From positions 64,777 to 128,776 of the forward strand of contig DEIN01000017.1 in assembly GCA_002352465.1 (NCBI GenBank): 64,000 nt of DNA, written 5' to 3'. Shown here in pieces: positions 1 through 10,060 of this stretch (position 1 is the first letter of the stretch; each line of letters begins with the position of its first letter). The position numbers and the translations under genes were made by a program. The DNA is from Patescibacteria group bacterium UBA2773 (GTDB lineage Bacteria; Patescibacteriota; Minisyncoccia; Moranbacterales; DUUL01). The notes below the pieces were generated by a model. That model worked only from the letters and a program-made list of their open reading frames with translations. It ran no database searches and was not told the origin of the DNA.

Positions 1-1
1 G

Positions 2-313
2 GTGGCTTTGGGAACTTCATTGCCAGAATTGGCGGTTAGTTATACGGCGGTGCGAAAAGGAAACGTGGAAATTGCGATTGGCAATATTTTAGGTTCTAAT
101 ATTTTCAATTCGTTGGCGGTGATGGGAGTATCGGCGATGATTGGAACATTGGTGATATCTGATAGCGTCTTATTTTTTGGTCTTCCAATGATGATGGTGG
201 CAACTTTTATGTATGTTTTTATCACGCAAGATCGAAAAATTAACAAATGGAAGGGTGGATTTCTTTTAATTTTTTATGTTTTTTATATTGGTAAACTTTT
301 TGGGTGGTTTTGA
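2..313 (+). CDS. C-terminal part of a Na+/Ca2+ exchanger (CaCA/YrbG family) antiporter; the 5' end lies outside the window
   Basis: The open frame runs from the window edge. It carries the alpha-repeat motif GTSLPELAVS that is typical of CaCA antiporters, followed by hydrophobic TM segments. Confidence 0.7.
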   Translation: MALGTSLPELAVSYTAVRKGNVEIAIGNILGSNIFNSLAVMGVSAMIGTLVISDSVLFFGLPMMMVATFMYVFITQDRKINKWKGGFLLIFYVFYIGKLFGWF

Positions 314-332
314 TTTTTAAGACTTAGTTAAA

Positions 333-644
333 ATGAATAAAGGACTTTTGATTATTTTGGGAATTTTTATGGTCATTAATTTTATGGCATTTTTGATAAT
401 GTTGTGGGATAAAAATAAGTCAAAGAATTGGAATAATAAAAGAATTTCTGAGGGTTTATTGTTTTTTATGGCGACTTGTTTCGGAAGTATTGGGGTTTAT
501 GCCGGGATGTTTGTTTTTCGGCACAAAACTCAAAAATGGTATTTTTTAATGGGAATTCCATTGTTGATGATTCAAAACATTGCTTTAATCTACTTGATTT
601 TTTTATTAATTAATCGTATCGTAGCACAAAGAGTAGTTCTTTGA
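333..644 (+). CDS. DUF1294 family small membrane protein
   Basis: The product is 103 aa with WDKNKSK...RISE..L...ATCFGSIGVYAGMFVFRHKTQKW, the characteristic DUF1294 signature. It has two or three TM helices. Confidence 0.65.
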   Translation: MNKGLLIILGIFMVINFMAFLIMLWDKNKSKNWNNKRISEGLLFFMATCFGSIGVYAGMFVFRHKTQKWYFLMGIPLLMIQNIALIYLIFLLINRIVAQRVVL

Positions 645-1380
645 GAAAAAGTGAACAAATTTAAATTTAAATTTATTATTTTAAGAGGAGATCTATTTAA
701 GAAATTCGAAAAACAATATTTTTTGATTTAAGGTTTGGTCTGTATTATCTATAAACTGAATCTTATTTGATCATAATTATTTTTTTAAAAAATTATTGGG
801 AGGTAATTTAATGGAAGATGGGAAAGACATTAAAAATCAAGTCCGTTTTTTTGACGAAAGTTTGTTGTCGGGTTGATTCTATTTTTGCTTAGAGCTTATT
901 TTGGCTTCTGGGCAGAAAAATTTTGATTTGAATTTTTTTTATCAACTAAGCGACGAAAGCGGTTGCTTTGAACGTGATTATAAGAATAAAATTTTGTTTT
1001 TTTGCGTTGTGAGTGAAGTCTTTACTTTTCTCGTCGGAACGAAAACGATTTGGAGTTAAATTCTTAAAAAAAATGAAAAATCTTTAATAGGATTGGCTAC
1101 AAAGTCAAAGTGGTCGCAAGAAATTCGCTTAATGGCGGTTCAATTAATTTTCTTTATAAACCGAAATAATTTCATTGTTGAAAGACTAGTCATCAAGGAA
1201 ATTGGTAATCCTGAAAACTGGAATTTCAGCAACGAACAAATGCGTCAAATTTGTTTTTCGAACGAAGAAAGTCAAAATTCTTTAGTTCAGATTATTACTA
1301 AAGGTTTTGGCATTTAAATCAAAAAAAATCTAAAAAGTCCTGTTTTTTATTAATCAATAGGGTTTTTAGATTTATAGAAA

Positions 1381-1893
1381 CTATTTTATTTGAAGTGATT
1401 TGATTGCTTTGAGGGTAATCTCTTTTTTTCCAGTTTGATAGATATTGTTGGCAAGCGAAAGGGCTTCTTTTGGAGTGCACCATTGATAGTCGTCGAATTC
1501 GGTTCGTTTAATGTTCAACTTAGTTATCTTGGCTTGAATTTTTATGAATAAATAACGTTTACCTTTCATTTTAATTTCTTTACCAGCATCTGTTTTTAAT
1601 TCTCGAATTCCTTGAAATTTTGAAGAAAATTCAAGTTGATTTTCTTCGATAATGCTGATATCTTCAAAGTTACAATTTTTAGCAAAAGATTTACCTAATT
1701 CTTCAGTCATTTCTCGTTTTAAAGCTTCTCGAATGGTTTCTTGGTTGTCAATTCCGCCTTGAGGTAGTTGCCAAAGTTTATGGGCTTTTTTGTATAAAAA
1801 TAAAATTTTATCATTATTAATGAAACAACCGACAACTTGCGGACGAAAACCTTTTTTGCGAATGTTATCGATTATTCCTAGTTCTTCTGACAT
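1381..1893 (-). CDS. NUDIX hydrolase
   Basis: Nudix box GGIDNQETIREALKREMTEELG (GX5EX7REUXEEXGU). The gene is compact at 170 aa and sits immediately downstream of dnaE on the same strand. Confidence 0.75.
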   Translation of the reverse strand: MSEELGIIDNIRKKGFRPQVVGCFINNDKILFLYKKAHKLWQLPQGGIDNQETIREALKREMTEELGKSFAKNCNFEDISIIEENQLEFSSKFQGIRELKTDAGKEIKMKGKRYLFIKIQAKITKLNIKRTEFDDYQWCTPKEALSLANNIYQTGKKEITLKAIKSLQIK

Positions 1894-1896
1894 AGT

Positions 1897-4800
1897 TTAA
1901 TTAGATATTTTAATATTTTCTTTTCCGACGATTTTTTCAAATTCAGTGATTACTTGTTTATTATACAGAATTTTTTGAGGAATTTCCAATTTTCCAGTTC
2001 GACCTGCGGTTGTGATAAAAATTTTGCTATTACCTTTGTTTGCATTTTTTAAAAAAGTCGAAATAGCTGAAAGTTTTTCTTGAGCTCGGTTTTTTTCAAT
2101 GTGAACGGTGATTTTTATGGATTTTTCAGTTTTAACTTTATTATTTCCTGTCTCATTGCTAAAAGATGAATTGACTCCAAAGCCTTCATGTTTACCTTCT
2201 TTCTTGAATTTTTGAAGTTCGAGTTCATCAACTAAGTTAACTTCTTCGCATAAAAGTTTGTATTCGCCATCTTTATCGGAAAGTTTTCCTTTAATTAGAA
2301 CAATTTTTTCTTCTTGCCAAATTTCTGGATTTTTTTCTAGTGTTTTAGGGAAAACTAAAATTTCCATTTTGCCCATTCCATCTTCAATAGTGTTGAACAT
2401 CATTAGTTTATTTCTTCGAGTATAAATTTTTTGAACCTTAGTAATAATTCCACCGAGGACAATAGTTTGATCAATTAATCCACTGTGAAGATTTCTAATT
2501 GGGATAGCGTGAGCAGAAAAATAATCTTGATAATTTCTTAACGGATGATCAGAAATGTAAAGGCCCAAAAGTTCTTTTTCCCAAGAGAGTTTAACTCGGT
2601 TGGTAGCTGGTTTTACAGTTTGAAGAGATATTTTGGGAATTTCTAATTTGGGTTGGTCTTTTCTCGCGATGCCAAAAAGAGAGGTTTGTCCAGAAGCTAC
2701 GGTTTTTTGATATTGTTTAGAATAGGCTAAAATAACCTCCATATTTTCGACTAAGCGATTTCTTTCGGTTAGATCGTCTAGCGCGCCAGATTTTCCCATT
2801 GCTTCTAATGATTTTTTATTTAAATCTCGGCACTGAACTCTTTCAACAATTTCTATTATATCTTTAAAAGTTCCATTTTTTTCTCTTTCTTTAATTAGTT
2901 CTGAAGCAATATTGGTTCCAACTCCCTTGATAGCTTCTAGCCCAAATCGAATTTTTGGTAAGGTTTTTTTCTTAGATTTGGCTTTTTTTCTGATTTTTTC
3001 TAATTCTTCTAAATTGTTCATAATAACCGCAAAATCGTTGAAACTTTCATTGATGTTGGGAGCGAGTACTTCAATTCCCATTTGACGTGATTCTTCAATT
3101 TCAATGGCAATTCGGTCAATATCATCTTTGTCAGAATTGAGTAGCGCGGCCATAAATTGAGCGGGGTAGTGAGCTTTGAGGTAGGCTGTTTGGTAGCCAA
3201 TCAAGGCATAGCAAGCGGCGTGTGAACGATTGAAACCGTAGCCGGCGAAGGGTTCAATAAATGAAAAAACTTTTTCAGCTAATTCTTCCCTAACTTCATT
3301 CGTAACACAGCCTTCAATGAATTTTTTCTTTTGTTCTTGAATCATTTCGTGAATTTTTTTACCCATCGCTTTTCGGAGAACATCAGCTTCGCCTGGAGTA
3401 AAACCGGCTAATTCTCGTGAAATTTGCATTACTTGTTCTTGATAAACAGCTACTCCATAGGTGTTTTCTAAAATTGGTTTGAGCTTGGGATGCAAATATT
3501 CAACTTTTTTAGTGCCATGTTTTCCGCCGATAAAGTCTGGAATCCATTCCATCGGACCGGGTCGATAGAGGGCAACCATAGCGATAATGTCTTCGAAAAC
3601 AGTGGGTTTTAGTTTTTTGAGATAGCGTTTCATTCCAGATGATTCTAGCTGAAAAACTCCAGTAGTATCTCCGTTTTGTAAAAGGTTAAAAGTTTTTTTG
3701 TCGTCTAACGGTAGAATATCAATGTCGATTATGTCGCCAGTGGTTTTTTTGATAATACTAAGAGCATTTTGGATGATTGTCAGATTTTTTAGTCCCAAAA
3801 AATCCATTTTAACTAAACCAATTTTTTCAACGTAAGAAGATCTGGAAGAGCCATTGTATTGGGTCACCATACCTTGATCTTCTTTGCCGGCCATATATTG
3901 AAGTGGAGTATATTCAACTACTGGTTTAGGGGTGATTACGACTCCACAGGCGTGAACTGAAGCGTGACGAGCTACGCCTTCTAATCGAACGGCGGCGTCT
4001 AAAATTTGACGAGCATCTTCATTGGTTTTGTATTCATTCTTTAATTCAGCGGTGTTTTCCATAGCGTCTTTCAAGCCAGTAAAGGCTGGGACCAGCTTGG
4101 AAAGTTTGTCACAATAGGAATATTCAAAATCAAGGACTCTTCCGGCATCTCGAATAGCGGCTTTGGCGGCCATTGTTCCAAAGGTAATAATTTGAGCGAC
4201 GTGGTCGTGACCAAAAGTATCTCGAACGTAAGCCAAAACATCGTCTCGGCGATCGTCTGGAAAATCAAGATCAATATCAGGTAGAGAAATTCGATCAGGG
4301 TTTAAAAAACGTTCGAATAAAAGTTTGAATTCGATTGGGTCAATGTTGGTTATTCCGGTTAGATAGGCAATGATACTGCCGGCGGCACTTCCACGACCAG
4401 GTCCGACAATAATTTCGTGGTTCTTGGCCCAATTAACAAAATCTTGAACAATTAGAAAATAGCCAGCAAAACCCATTTTTTTGATTACTCCTAATTCAAA
4501 TTCTAGTCGTTCCAGGTGTCCTTTAGTGATGTTTTCTCCATAGCGTTTGGGCAGACCTTCTTCGCAAAGTTTGCGTAAATAAGATTGAGGTGTGAAGCCT
4601 TTTGGAACTTTATAATTAGGTAATTTGTGGTTGCCGAATTCAATTTCTACATTGCACATTTTTGCAATTTTTCGGGTGTTTTTAAGGGCTTCGGGGGTGT
4701 CTTTAAAAAGCTCATGCATTTTTTCTGGACTTCTTAAATGAAGCTTGAAGTCTTTCATTGAAAATCGATTGGGATCACTTATTTTTTTTCCAGTTTGGAG

Positions 4801-5475
4801 ACACATTAGAATATCTTGAACATGGGCGTCATCTTCATTGACATAGTGAACGTCGGCGGTTGCCACTAAAGGAATGCCAGTTTTTTTAGAAATTTCTTTT
4901 AGTCCCTTATTGGCAATATTCTGTTTTTCTAATTGTGGTAAATATTGAAGTTCGAGATAATAATTTCCTTTGCCTAATATTTCTTGATATTCTAGTGCTT
5001 TTTCAGTGGCTTCTTTCATTTTTCCACCAATGACTAATTGTGAAATATGACCTTGGACACAACCACTACAACCAATTAAACCTTCGGAGTATTTTTTTAA
5101 GACTTCCATATCAATTCGAGGTTTATAGTAAAAACCTTTGAGATGAGCTTCAGTTACCAATTTCATTAAATTTTGATAGCCTTTATTATTTTTGGCTAAT
5201 AAGATTAAATGAAAACGTTCTTCGTCAACGCGCGGGCGTTTATTTTTTAAACCGTTGGGAGCGAAATAAAATTCGCAACCAATAATTGGTTTAATCCCAG
5301 CTTTTTTGGCTTTTTGATAAAATTCAATTACCCCATACATTGTTCCGTGGTCAGTGATTGCCATTGAATCCATATTAAATTCTTTGGCTCGATCTAAAAG
5401 ATCGTCAATTTTTCCTAGGCCATCTAGTAAACTATAATGGGTATGAACATGTAAATGGGTGAATTTTTTATTCAC
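1897..5475 (-). CDS. dnaE: DNA polymerase III alpha subunit
   Basis: The product is 1192 aa. It has an N-terminal PHP domain (HLHVHTHYSLLDG), a polymerase core (GFYYKP, PDIDLDF) and a C-terminal OB fold region. Confidence 0.95.
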   Translation of the reverse strand: MNKKFTHLHVHTHYSLLDGLGKIDDLLDRAKEFNMDSMAITDHGTMYGVIEFYQKAKKAGIKPIIGCEFYFAPNGLKNKRPRVDEERFHLILLAKNNKGYQNLMKLVTEAHLKGFYYKPRIDMEVLKKYSEGLIGCSGCVQGHISQLVIGGKMKEATEKALEYQEILGKGNYYLELQYLPQLEKQNIANKGLKEISKKTGIPLVATADVHYVNEDDAHVQDILMCLQTGKKISDPNRFSMKDFKLHLRSPEKMHELFKDTPEALKNTRKIAKMCNVEIEFGNHKLPNYKVPKGFTPQSYLRKLCEEGLPKRYGENITKGHLERLEFELGVIKKMGFAGYFLIVQDFVNWAKNHEIIVGPGRGSAAGSIIAYLTGITNIDPIEFKLLFERFLNPDRISLPDIDLDFPDDRRDDVLAYVRDTFGHDHVAQIITFGTMAAKAAIRDAGRVLDFEYSYCDKLSKLVPAFTGLKDAMENTAELKNEYKTNEDARQILDAAVRLEGVARHASVHACGVVITPKPVVEYTPLQYMAGKEDQGMVTQYNGSSRSSYVEKIGLVKMDFLGLKNLTIIQNALSIIKKTTGDIIDIDILPLDDKKTFNLLQNGDTTGVFQLESSGMKRYLKKLKPTVFEDIIAMVALYRPGPMEWIPDFIGGKHGTKKVEYLHPKLKPILENTYGVAVYQEQVMQISRELAGFTPGEADVLRKAMGKKIHEMIQEQKKKFIEGCVTNEVREELAEKVFSFIEPFAGYGFNRSHAACYALIGYQTAYLKAHYPAQFMAALLNSDKDDIDRIAIEIEESRQMGIEVLAPNINESFNDFAVIMNNLEELEKIRKKAKSKKKTLPKIRFGLEAIKGVGTNIASELIKEREKNGTFKDIIEIVERVQCRDLNKKSLEAMGKSGALDDLTERNRLVENMEVILAYSKQYQKTVASGQTSLFGIARKDQPKLEIPKISLQTVKPATNRVKLSWEKELLGLYISDHPLRNYQDYFSAHAIPIRNLHSGLIDQTIVLGGIITKVQKIYTRRNKLMMFNTIEDGMGKMEILVFPKTLEKNPEIWQEEKIVLIKGKLSDKDGEYKLLCEEVNLVDELELQKFKKEGKHEGFGVNSSFSNETGNNKVKTEKSIKITVHIEKNRAQEKLSAISTFLKNANKGNSKIFITTAGRTGKLEIPQKILYNKQVITEFEKIVGKENIKISN

Positions 5476-5614
5476 ATTTAGAAATTATTTTTTATTGAAA
5501 GATTTTTATAGATAACTTTATCTTTTTCCATAATATCATTATTCAATTTTATTGTAAAAGAAATTTTGATGTGATAAAATTTTATTAGAATTTGTTTTAA
5601 TTAAATAAAAAACA

Positions 5615-7231
5615 ATGAATAAAAATAAAAGAGGACCGGTAGTGCTTTGTATTTTGGATGGTTGGGGTGAGACGGGAGAAATTCGAGGAAATCCGATTTT
5701 GAAAGCTAATTTACCAACAATTAAAAAACTTGATGAATATTATCCTAAAACTTATTTACAGGCTTCTGGAATTGCTGTTGGTTTGCCTTGGGGTGTTGTT
5801 GGAAATTCGGAAGTTGGACATCAAGCGATGGGAACTGGTCAAATTATTTATCAAAAATTACCAATTATCAACACTGCCATTCAAGATGGAACTTTTTTTG
5901 AAAATGAAACTTTAATTAAATCAATTGAATTTGCCAAAGAGCATAAATCTAGAATTCACTTGTTTGGTTTAGTTAGTGATGGAGGTGTTCATTCTCATGT
6001 GGAGCATTTATTTGCTTTGCTAGAGGTGATGAAAAATAATAAATTTGACGATGTTTTTATTCACGTTGTCACCGATGGTCGGGATACTGCGCCTAGAAGT
6101 GCCAGGGCTTTTTTGGCTGATTTATTAAATAAAATTAAACAAATTGGGGTAGGTGAAATTGCTACTATTGGGGGTCGTTACTATGCAATGGATAGAAGTC
6201 AGAATTGGGATCGGATTGAAAAAGCTTATAATGCGATGGTTTATGGAGAGGGAATAAAAGCAAAAGACCCAGTTAAAGCTGTTGAAGATCAATATAAAAA
6301 AGACATTTCTGATGAATTTTTTGAACCGATAGTAATCGAAAAAACTGCTGGAAAACCAGTGGCAAAAATAAAAGAAGATGATGTTTTTATTTGTTTCAAT
6401 TTTCGAAAAGATCGAGCGAAACAAATAACCGAGGCTTTTGCTTTAAATAATTTTGAAGAATTTGAAAAGATTAACCCAATTAAAAAGATTAAAGTGATTT
6501 GTTTTACTGAATATGAGGTTGGATTGCCAGTCGATATTGTTTTTGTTTCACAGAAAATTACTTCTAGAGTGGGGGCGGAAATTGAAAAAGCTAATTTAAG
6601 TCAATTACGAATAGCTGAAACGGAAAAGTTTGCTCATGTTACGTATTTTTTTGATGGAGGGAAAATGATTGATTATAAAAATCAGGAAAAAATTCATGTT
6701 TTATCAAAAAAAGTTTCTTCTTATGCCAAATTGCCAGAAATGAGTGCGCAAGAAGTGACTGACAAGATAGTTGAAGCCTTGGAAAGTAAAAAGCATCCAG
6801 ACTTTATTTTAGTGAATTATGCCAATCCGGATATGGTTGGGCATACTGGTGATTTTGATGCAGGGATTAAGGCAGTTGAATTTACTGATAAATGTCTAGG
6901 AACATTAATAGAAAAAACTTTAATGTTAAATGGAGCTTTAATTGTCACGGCTGATCATGGTAATGTTGAGGAAATGGTTAATTTATCAACCGGCGATATT
7001 GACACTGAACATTCTAATAATCCGGTTCCGTGCTGGTTGGTTAAGCCTGATAATCATCAGTCGAAAAATAAGTCAATTGAAGGAAGTGAAGAAATTAATA
7101 GATTTGAAATTGGGGGATTTTTGTCTGATATTGCTCCTACGGTTTTGGAATTATTGGAAATTAAAAAATCAAATAAAATGACTGGAGATAGTTTAGTACC
7201 TTTGTTTAATGGAGAATTTTATGAAGAATAA
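5615..7231 (+). CDS. gpmI: 2,3-bisphosphoglycerate-independent phosphoglycerate mutase
   Basis: The product is 538 aa with CILDGWGE, GNSEVGHQAMGTGQIIYQ and ADHGN motifs of iPGM. Confidence 0.9.
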   Translation: MNKNKRGPVVLCILDGWGETGEIRGNPILKANLPTIKKLDEYYPKTYLQASGIAVGLPWGVVGNSEVGHQAMGTGQIIYQKLPIINTAIQDGTFFENETLIKSIEFAKEHKSRIHLFGLVSDGGVHSHVEHLFALLEVMKNNKFDDVFIHVVTDGRDTAPRSARAFLADLLNKIKQIGVGEIATIGGRYYAMDRSQNWDRIEKAYNAMVYGEGIKAKDPVKAVEDQYKKDISDEFFEPIVIEKTAGKPVAKIKEDDVFICFNFRKDRAKQITEAFALNNFEEFEKINPIKKIKVICFTEYEVGLPVDIVFVSQKITSRVGAEIEKANLSQLRIAETEKFAHVTYFFDGGKMIDYKNQEKIHVLSKKVSSYAKLPEMSAQEVTDKIVEALESKKHPDFILVNYANPDMVGHTGDFDAGIKAVEFTDKCLGTLIEKTLMLNGALIVTADHGNVEEMVNLSTGDIDTEHSNNPVPCWLVKPDNHQSKNKSIEGSEEINRFEIGGFLSDIAPTVLELLEIKKSNKMTGDSLVPLFNGEFYEE

Positions 7232-7236
7232 AAAAA

Positions 7237-7260
7237 CCAGAAATTAATTCTGGCTTTTTG
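7237..7260. terminator. Bidirectional rho-independent terminator between gpmI and the convergent ferredoxin gene
   Basis: The hairpin ccagaa-attaa-ttctgg is preceded by an A-run and followed by a T-run (ctttttg). Confidence 0.6.
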
Positions 7261-7272
7261 AATAAAGTTGAA

Positions 7273-7458
7273 TTACTTTGTTTGATCAACTGTTATCGCA
7301 TCTGTAGGGCATTGATTAGCGGCTTTATCGGCACATTCCAAGTCATCACCTTCAATGACTTCAGCTTTCATTGTGTCGGTGTTTAGTTTGAAAATTTTAG
7401 GGCAAATCTCGGTGCATCTACCGCATCCAATGCAAGTATCAGGATTGATTTCTATCAT
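7273..7458 (-). CDS. Small 4Fe-4S ferredoxin
   Basis: The product is 61 aa with two Cys clusters, CIGCGRCTEICP and CADKAANQCP. Confidence 0.8.
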   Translation of the reverse strand: MIEINPDTCIGCGRCTEICPKIFKLNTDTMKAEVIEGDDLECADKAANQCPTDAITVDQTK

Positions 7459-7618
7459 TATTTTTTATTAATTTTTAACTCTAAATGGATTAACTTTATT
7501 TAGTATAACATATCTCTTGAAATCATTTCAAGCTTATGTTAAAATAGTCTGGTATCTGGTTGAGAGAATTTTTTATAAAGTATTCGTATACTTAATACTT
7601 AATACTATAAATATACAT

Positions 7619-7692
7619 GGCGACTATAGTTCAGTGGTAGAACACTGGTTTGTGGTACCAGCTATGAGGGTTCGATTCCCTCTAGTCGCCCA
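7619..7692 (+). tRNA. tRNA-His(GUG): tRNA-His (anticodon GTG)
   Basis: The cloverleaf was folded by hand. The acceptor GCGACTA pairs with TAGTCGC. The D arm is GTTC/GAAC. The anticodon stem CTGGT/ACCAG encloses loop TTGTGGT, giving anticodon GTG. The T arm is GAGGG-TTCGATT-CCCTC. The discriminator is C, and a genomically encoded G at position -1 is diagnostic of tRNA-His. Confidence 0.9.
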
Positions 7693-7760
7693 GAATCCAA
7701 AACCGCTCCCTTTAGGGAGTGGTTTTTCGGATTCTGGAGCGACTAGAGGGAATCGGACAG
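7693..7760. repeat. Hairpin plus an inverted 17-nt copy of the tRNA-His 3' end, immediately downstream of the tRNA
   Basis: gaatccaaaaccgctccc-ttta-gggagtggtttttcggattc forms a strong hairpin. It is followed by gcgactagagggaatcg, the exact reverse complement of the tRNA 3' segment cgattccctctagtcgc. Confidence 0.6.
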
Positions 7761-7882
7761 ACGGAGGTCCTAGATTGCGAATAAATAGAAAATGAACTGA
7801 AATCAAATTATCAATTTGATGGTTCAAATTTATTTTTTGATTGTCGTGTATACTATAGATGCATCTATTTTAAAATTATTTT

Positions 7883-9292
7883 TTATAAATTTCCTTTTTT
7901 AATTTCTTCAATCATCGTTCCGAATTTTGCATAATATTCATCCCATTGTCGGCCGGACCAATCTTCGGGTTTTTCGAGGATGATTTGATTGGGACTAGGG
8001 TAGTTGGCTGGATTGTCATAAAAACTTTTAAAAACATCTTGAAAAACTTCTTGATCTTGTTGGTCTTTAACAATTTGCTTCAGAGAAGTTCTTAATTTCC
8101 CTTCAGGGGTTCTTTCTATGATTTCTGGACCAATTAGCTCAACGTTGAACAAGTCTTCCTTAGAATAGAAATCAATAAAGAATTTTTTGGCAGGTTTATC
8201 AATTCTGGTTTGAATCAATAAATAGTCTTGAGTGGTATTTTTTATTTTTAAATCAGGCTTGGGGACATAGACGGTGGCGTCAGTTCCGGGCGGATTATAA
8301 TAGTGAACTGGATAGGAGTGGTTGTGTCTCTCAGTCACTTTTAGTCCAGCATTTAGTGCGGCTCGAAACATTGTGGTCGAGAGTTGACAAATTCCTCCTC
8401 CAAATTCAGGAACAGTTTGATTCTTTTTGATAACTAATTCTTCTTTGTAACCAGTAGTTTCGTCTACTTCGCCTAAGATGGTAGTGAAAGAGAATTCTTC
8501 TTTTGGCTTGATTACTAGACCATCAAATTTTTTGGCAGCAGTTTCAATATTGTAAATCCTGGTTTGAGAAGAACCAGTAAAATCAGATTTTCCAGTTCCA
8601 ATTAATTCTTTTATTTGATATTTATCAAGGTTGTTGCTGGAAATTTCGGGTGGAGTTTCGATGACAACTAGAGGAATATAAGAACTTTTAGGATTTTCGA
8701 TAAAGCTTTCTTTGATTTTTTGATAACTGTCTGCGACTACTAGCTCAGTTCCATTTTGACTTTTTTCTAAAATCGATATTTGTTTAGCATTGTTTATTTT
8801 GAATTTTGCATCAATTGGAATCTGATTAATATTTTTGGAAATTGATCTTAAAAATTCTTTGGTTTCGTCTTCTTTAAGAAAAATGGTAGAACTTTTTCGA
8901 TAATTTAATTTGTTCTCATAAAGTTGTTCTAATTCTAGATAAGCATTCTTGAGCAGATTTTCTTGATTATTTAGTAAGGGATCTTCAATCTCCGATGAAT
9001 AGTTAGTGTCGAAAACTAATTGATAGTCCCATTCAATAAAGTCCTTGAGATAGAAGAGACTAGCATTTTCTTTATTGTTTCCAAATAAGTAAAAAGGTTT
9101 TTCTAGGATTTCTTGTAAGGGTTTGTTTTTGAAAAATCCAAGTTTATTTTTTTCTTCAGAAGCCTGAACATTATTAAAAACGCTTGTTAAAAAAATCAAG
9201 ATAAAAAGTAAGATTAGATTTTTTTGATATTTTTTCATTTTCATTCTGGTTTTTATGGAAGGTTCTTCAGCTTTAAAAATTAAGACCAGCAT
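7883..9292 (-). CDS. VanW domain-containing secreted protein
   Basis: The product is 469 aa with an N-terminal signal/TM (LILLFILIFLTSVF). The C-terminal VanW signature is GGGICQLSTTMFRAALNAGLKVTERHNHSYPVHYY. Confidence 0.75.
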   Translation of the reverse strand: MLVLIFKAEEPSIKTRMKMKKYQKNLILLFILIFLTSVFNNVQASEEKNKLGFFKNKPLQEILEKPFYLFGNNKENASLFYLKDFIEWDYQLVFDTNYSSEIEDPLLNNQENLLKNAYLELEQLYENKLNYRKSSTIFLKEDETKEFLRSISKNINQIPIDAKFKINNAKQISILEKSQNGTELVVADSYQKIKESFIENPKSSYIPLVVIETPPEISSNNLDKYQIKELIGTGKSDFTGSSQTRIYNIETAAKKFDGLVIKPKEEFSFTTILGEVDETTGYKEELVIKKNQTVPEFGGGICQLSTTMFRAALNAGLKVTERHNHSYPVHYYNPPGTDATVYVPKPDLKIKNTTQDYLLIQTRIDKPAKKFFIDFYSKEDLFNVELIGPEIIERTPEGKLRTSLKQIVKDQQDQEVFQDVFKSFYDNPANYPSPNQIILEKPEDWSGRQWDEYYAKFGTMIEEIKKGNL

Positions 9293-9305
9293 TGGCTGGT
9301 CTTAA
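9281..9305 (-). terminator. Hairpin terminator after the Hsp20 gene
   Basis: taagaccagc-attg-gctggtctta is a perfect 10-bp stem lying between the Hsp20 stop and the VanW start. Confidence 0.45.
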
Positions 9306-9334
9306 CTATCATATAAAAGAGGAGAAGACTTAAT

Positions 9335-9991
9335 TTAGAAGCCTCGAACTTGTAATTTCCTGGTTTTAGCTACTTCTATTTTTGGCAATCGAATGGTTAA
9401 AATTCCGTTTTTCATGGTAGCTTCAGCTTTTTCGGTAATAATTTCTACTGGCAAAATTATTGAACGGGAGAAAGGTCCCCAATAACATTCTTGATAGTAA
9501 TAATTCTCAGCGTCAACTTCGTCGTCTTGAGTTCTTTTTCCCTTAACAGTCACCATCTCACTGTTGATATCAACATCTAAATTTTCTGGTTTAACTCCGG
9601 CGATAGTTGATTTAATGACAATATCTTTGTCTGTTTGATAAACATCGATTGTTAATTGTCCTTCGGCATCAACTTCTAGATCTTCGTCTGGAATTTCTTC
9701 TTTTTTGATTTCTTTGGTAGGTTTTTCAACTTCTTCAAAAGGATCTGGATCATTTTTTTTTGGTGGTTCTGCTTGAACATCATCTTCTTTATTTTCTTCT
9801 TCTTTCGAAAAAAAATCGTTTTCTGGTTCTTCCTCTTTTTTTGATGTATCTTTTGTTGGAAATTCATAAGCATCATCTTCGACCAATTCTTTTTTTGGAA
9901 GAGAAGAATTGTTTATTTCGATTTCGCTTTCATCGTCAATTTTTTGAATACCAGTAAGCTTTTCGAAAAAAGATTTTTTTTGTTTTGTCAT
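9335..9991 (-). CDS. Hsp20/alpha-crystallin family small heat-shock protein with a long acidic low-complexity N-terminal extension
   Basis: The C-terminal ~100 aa match the alpha-crystallin domain (IDVYQTDKDIVIKSTIAGVKPENLDVDI...GILTIRLPK). The N-terminal ~110 aa are E/D/K-rich. Confidence 0.75.
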   Translation of the reverse strand: MTKQKKSFFEKLTGIQKIDDESEIEINNSSLPKKELVEDDAYEFPTKDTSKKEEEPENDFFSKEEENKEDDVQAEPPKKNDPDPFEEVEKPTKEIKKEEIPDEDLEVDAEGQLTIDVYQTDKDIVIKSTIAGVKPENLDVDINSEMVTVKGKRTQDDEVDAENYYYQECYWGPFSRSIILPVEIITEKAEATMKNGILTIRLPKIEVAKTRKLQVRGF

Positions 9992-10060
9992 GATTTTTTG
10001 ATTATTTAAAATGATAGGAGATTTCTCCTTGAATATTTATAATTATTTTAACAAGTATTT

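Noticed and set aside
1093-1317. A 74-aa ORF in the 730-bp AT-rich gap upstream of the NUDIX gene.
   Set aside because: No motif, and the composition resembles the intergenic background. It is left unannotated. The gap may instead hold promoters for the divergent DUF1294 and NUDIX-dnaE units.
3018-4274. Small antisense ORFs inside dnaE. Similar ones lie inside valS (10939-12431), prfA (26862-27447), the giant genes (for example 37576-37863, 45460-45867, 55133-55522, 61248-61697) and elsewhere.
   Set aside because: They are embedded in-phase-shifted within long, well-supported genes, which is typical six-frame noise.
7517-7827. Two overlapping ORFs (92 aa +, 67 aa -) across the tRNA-His locus.
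   Set aside because: They are read through the tRNA and its downstream hairpin and are artefacts of the structured RNA region.
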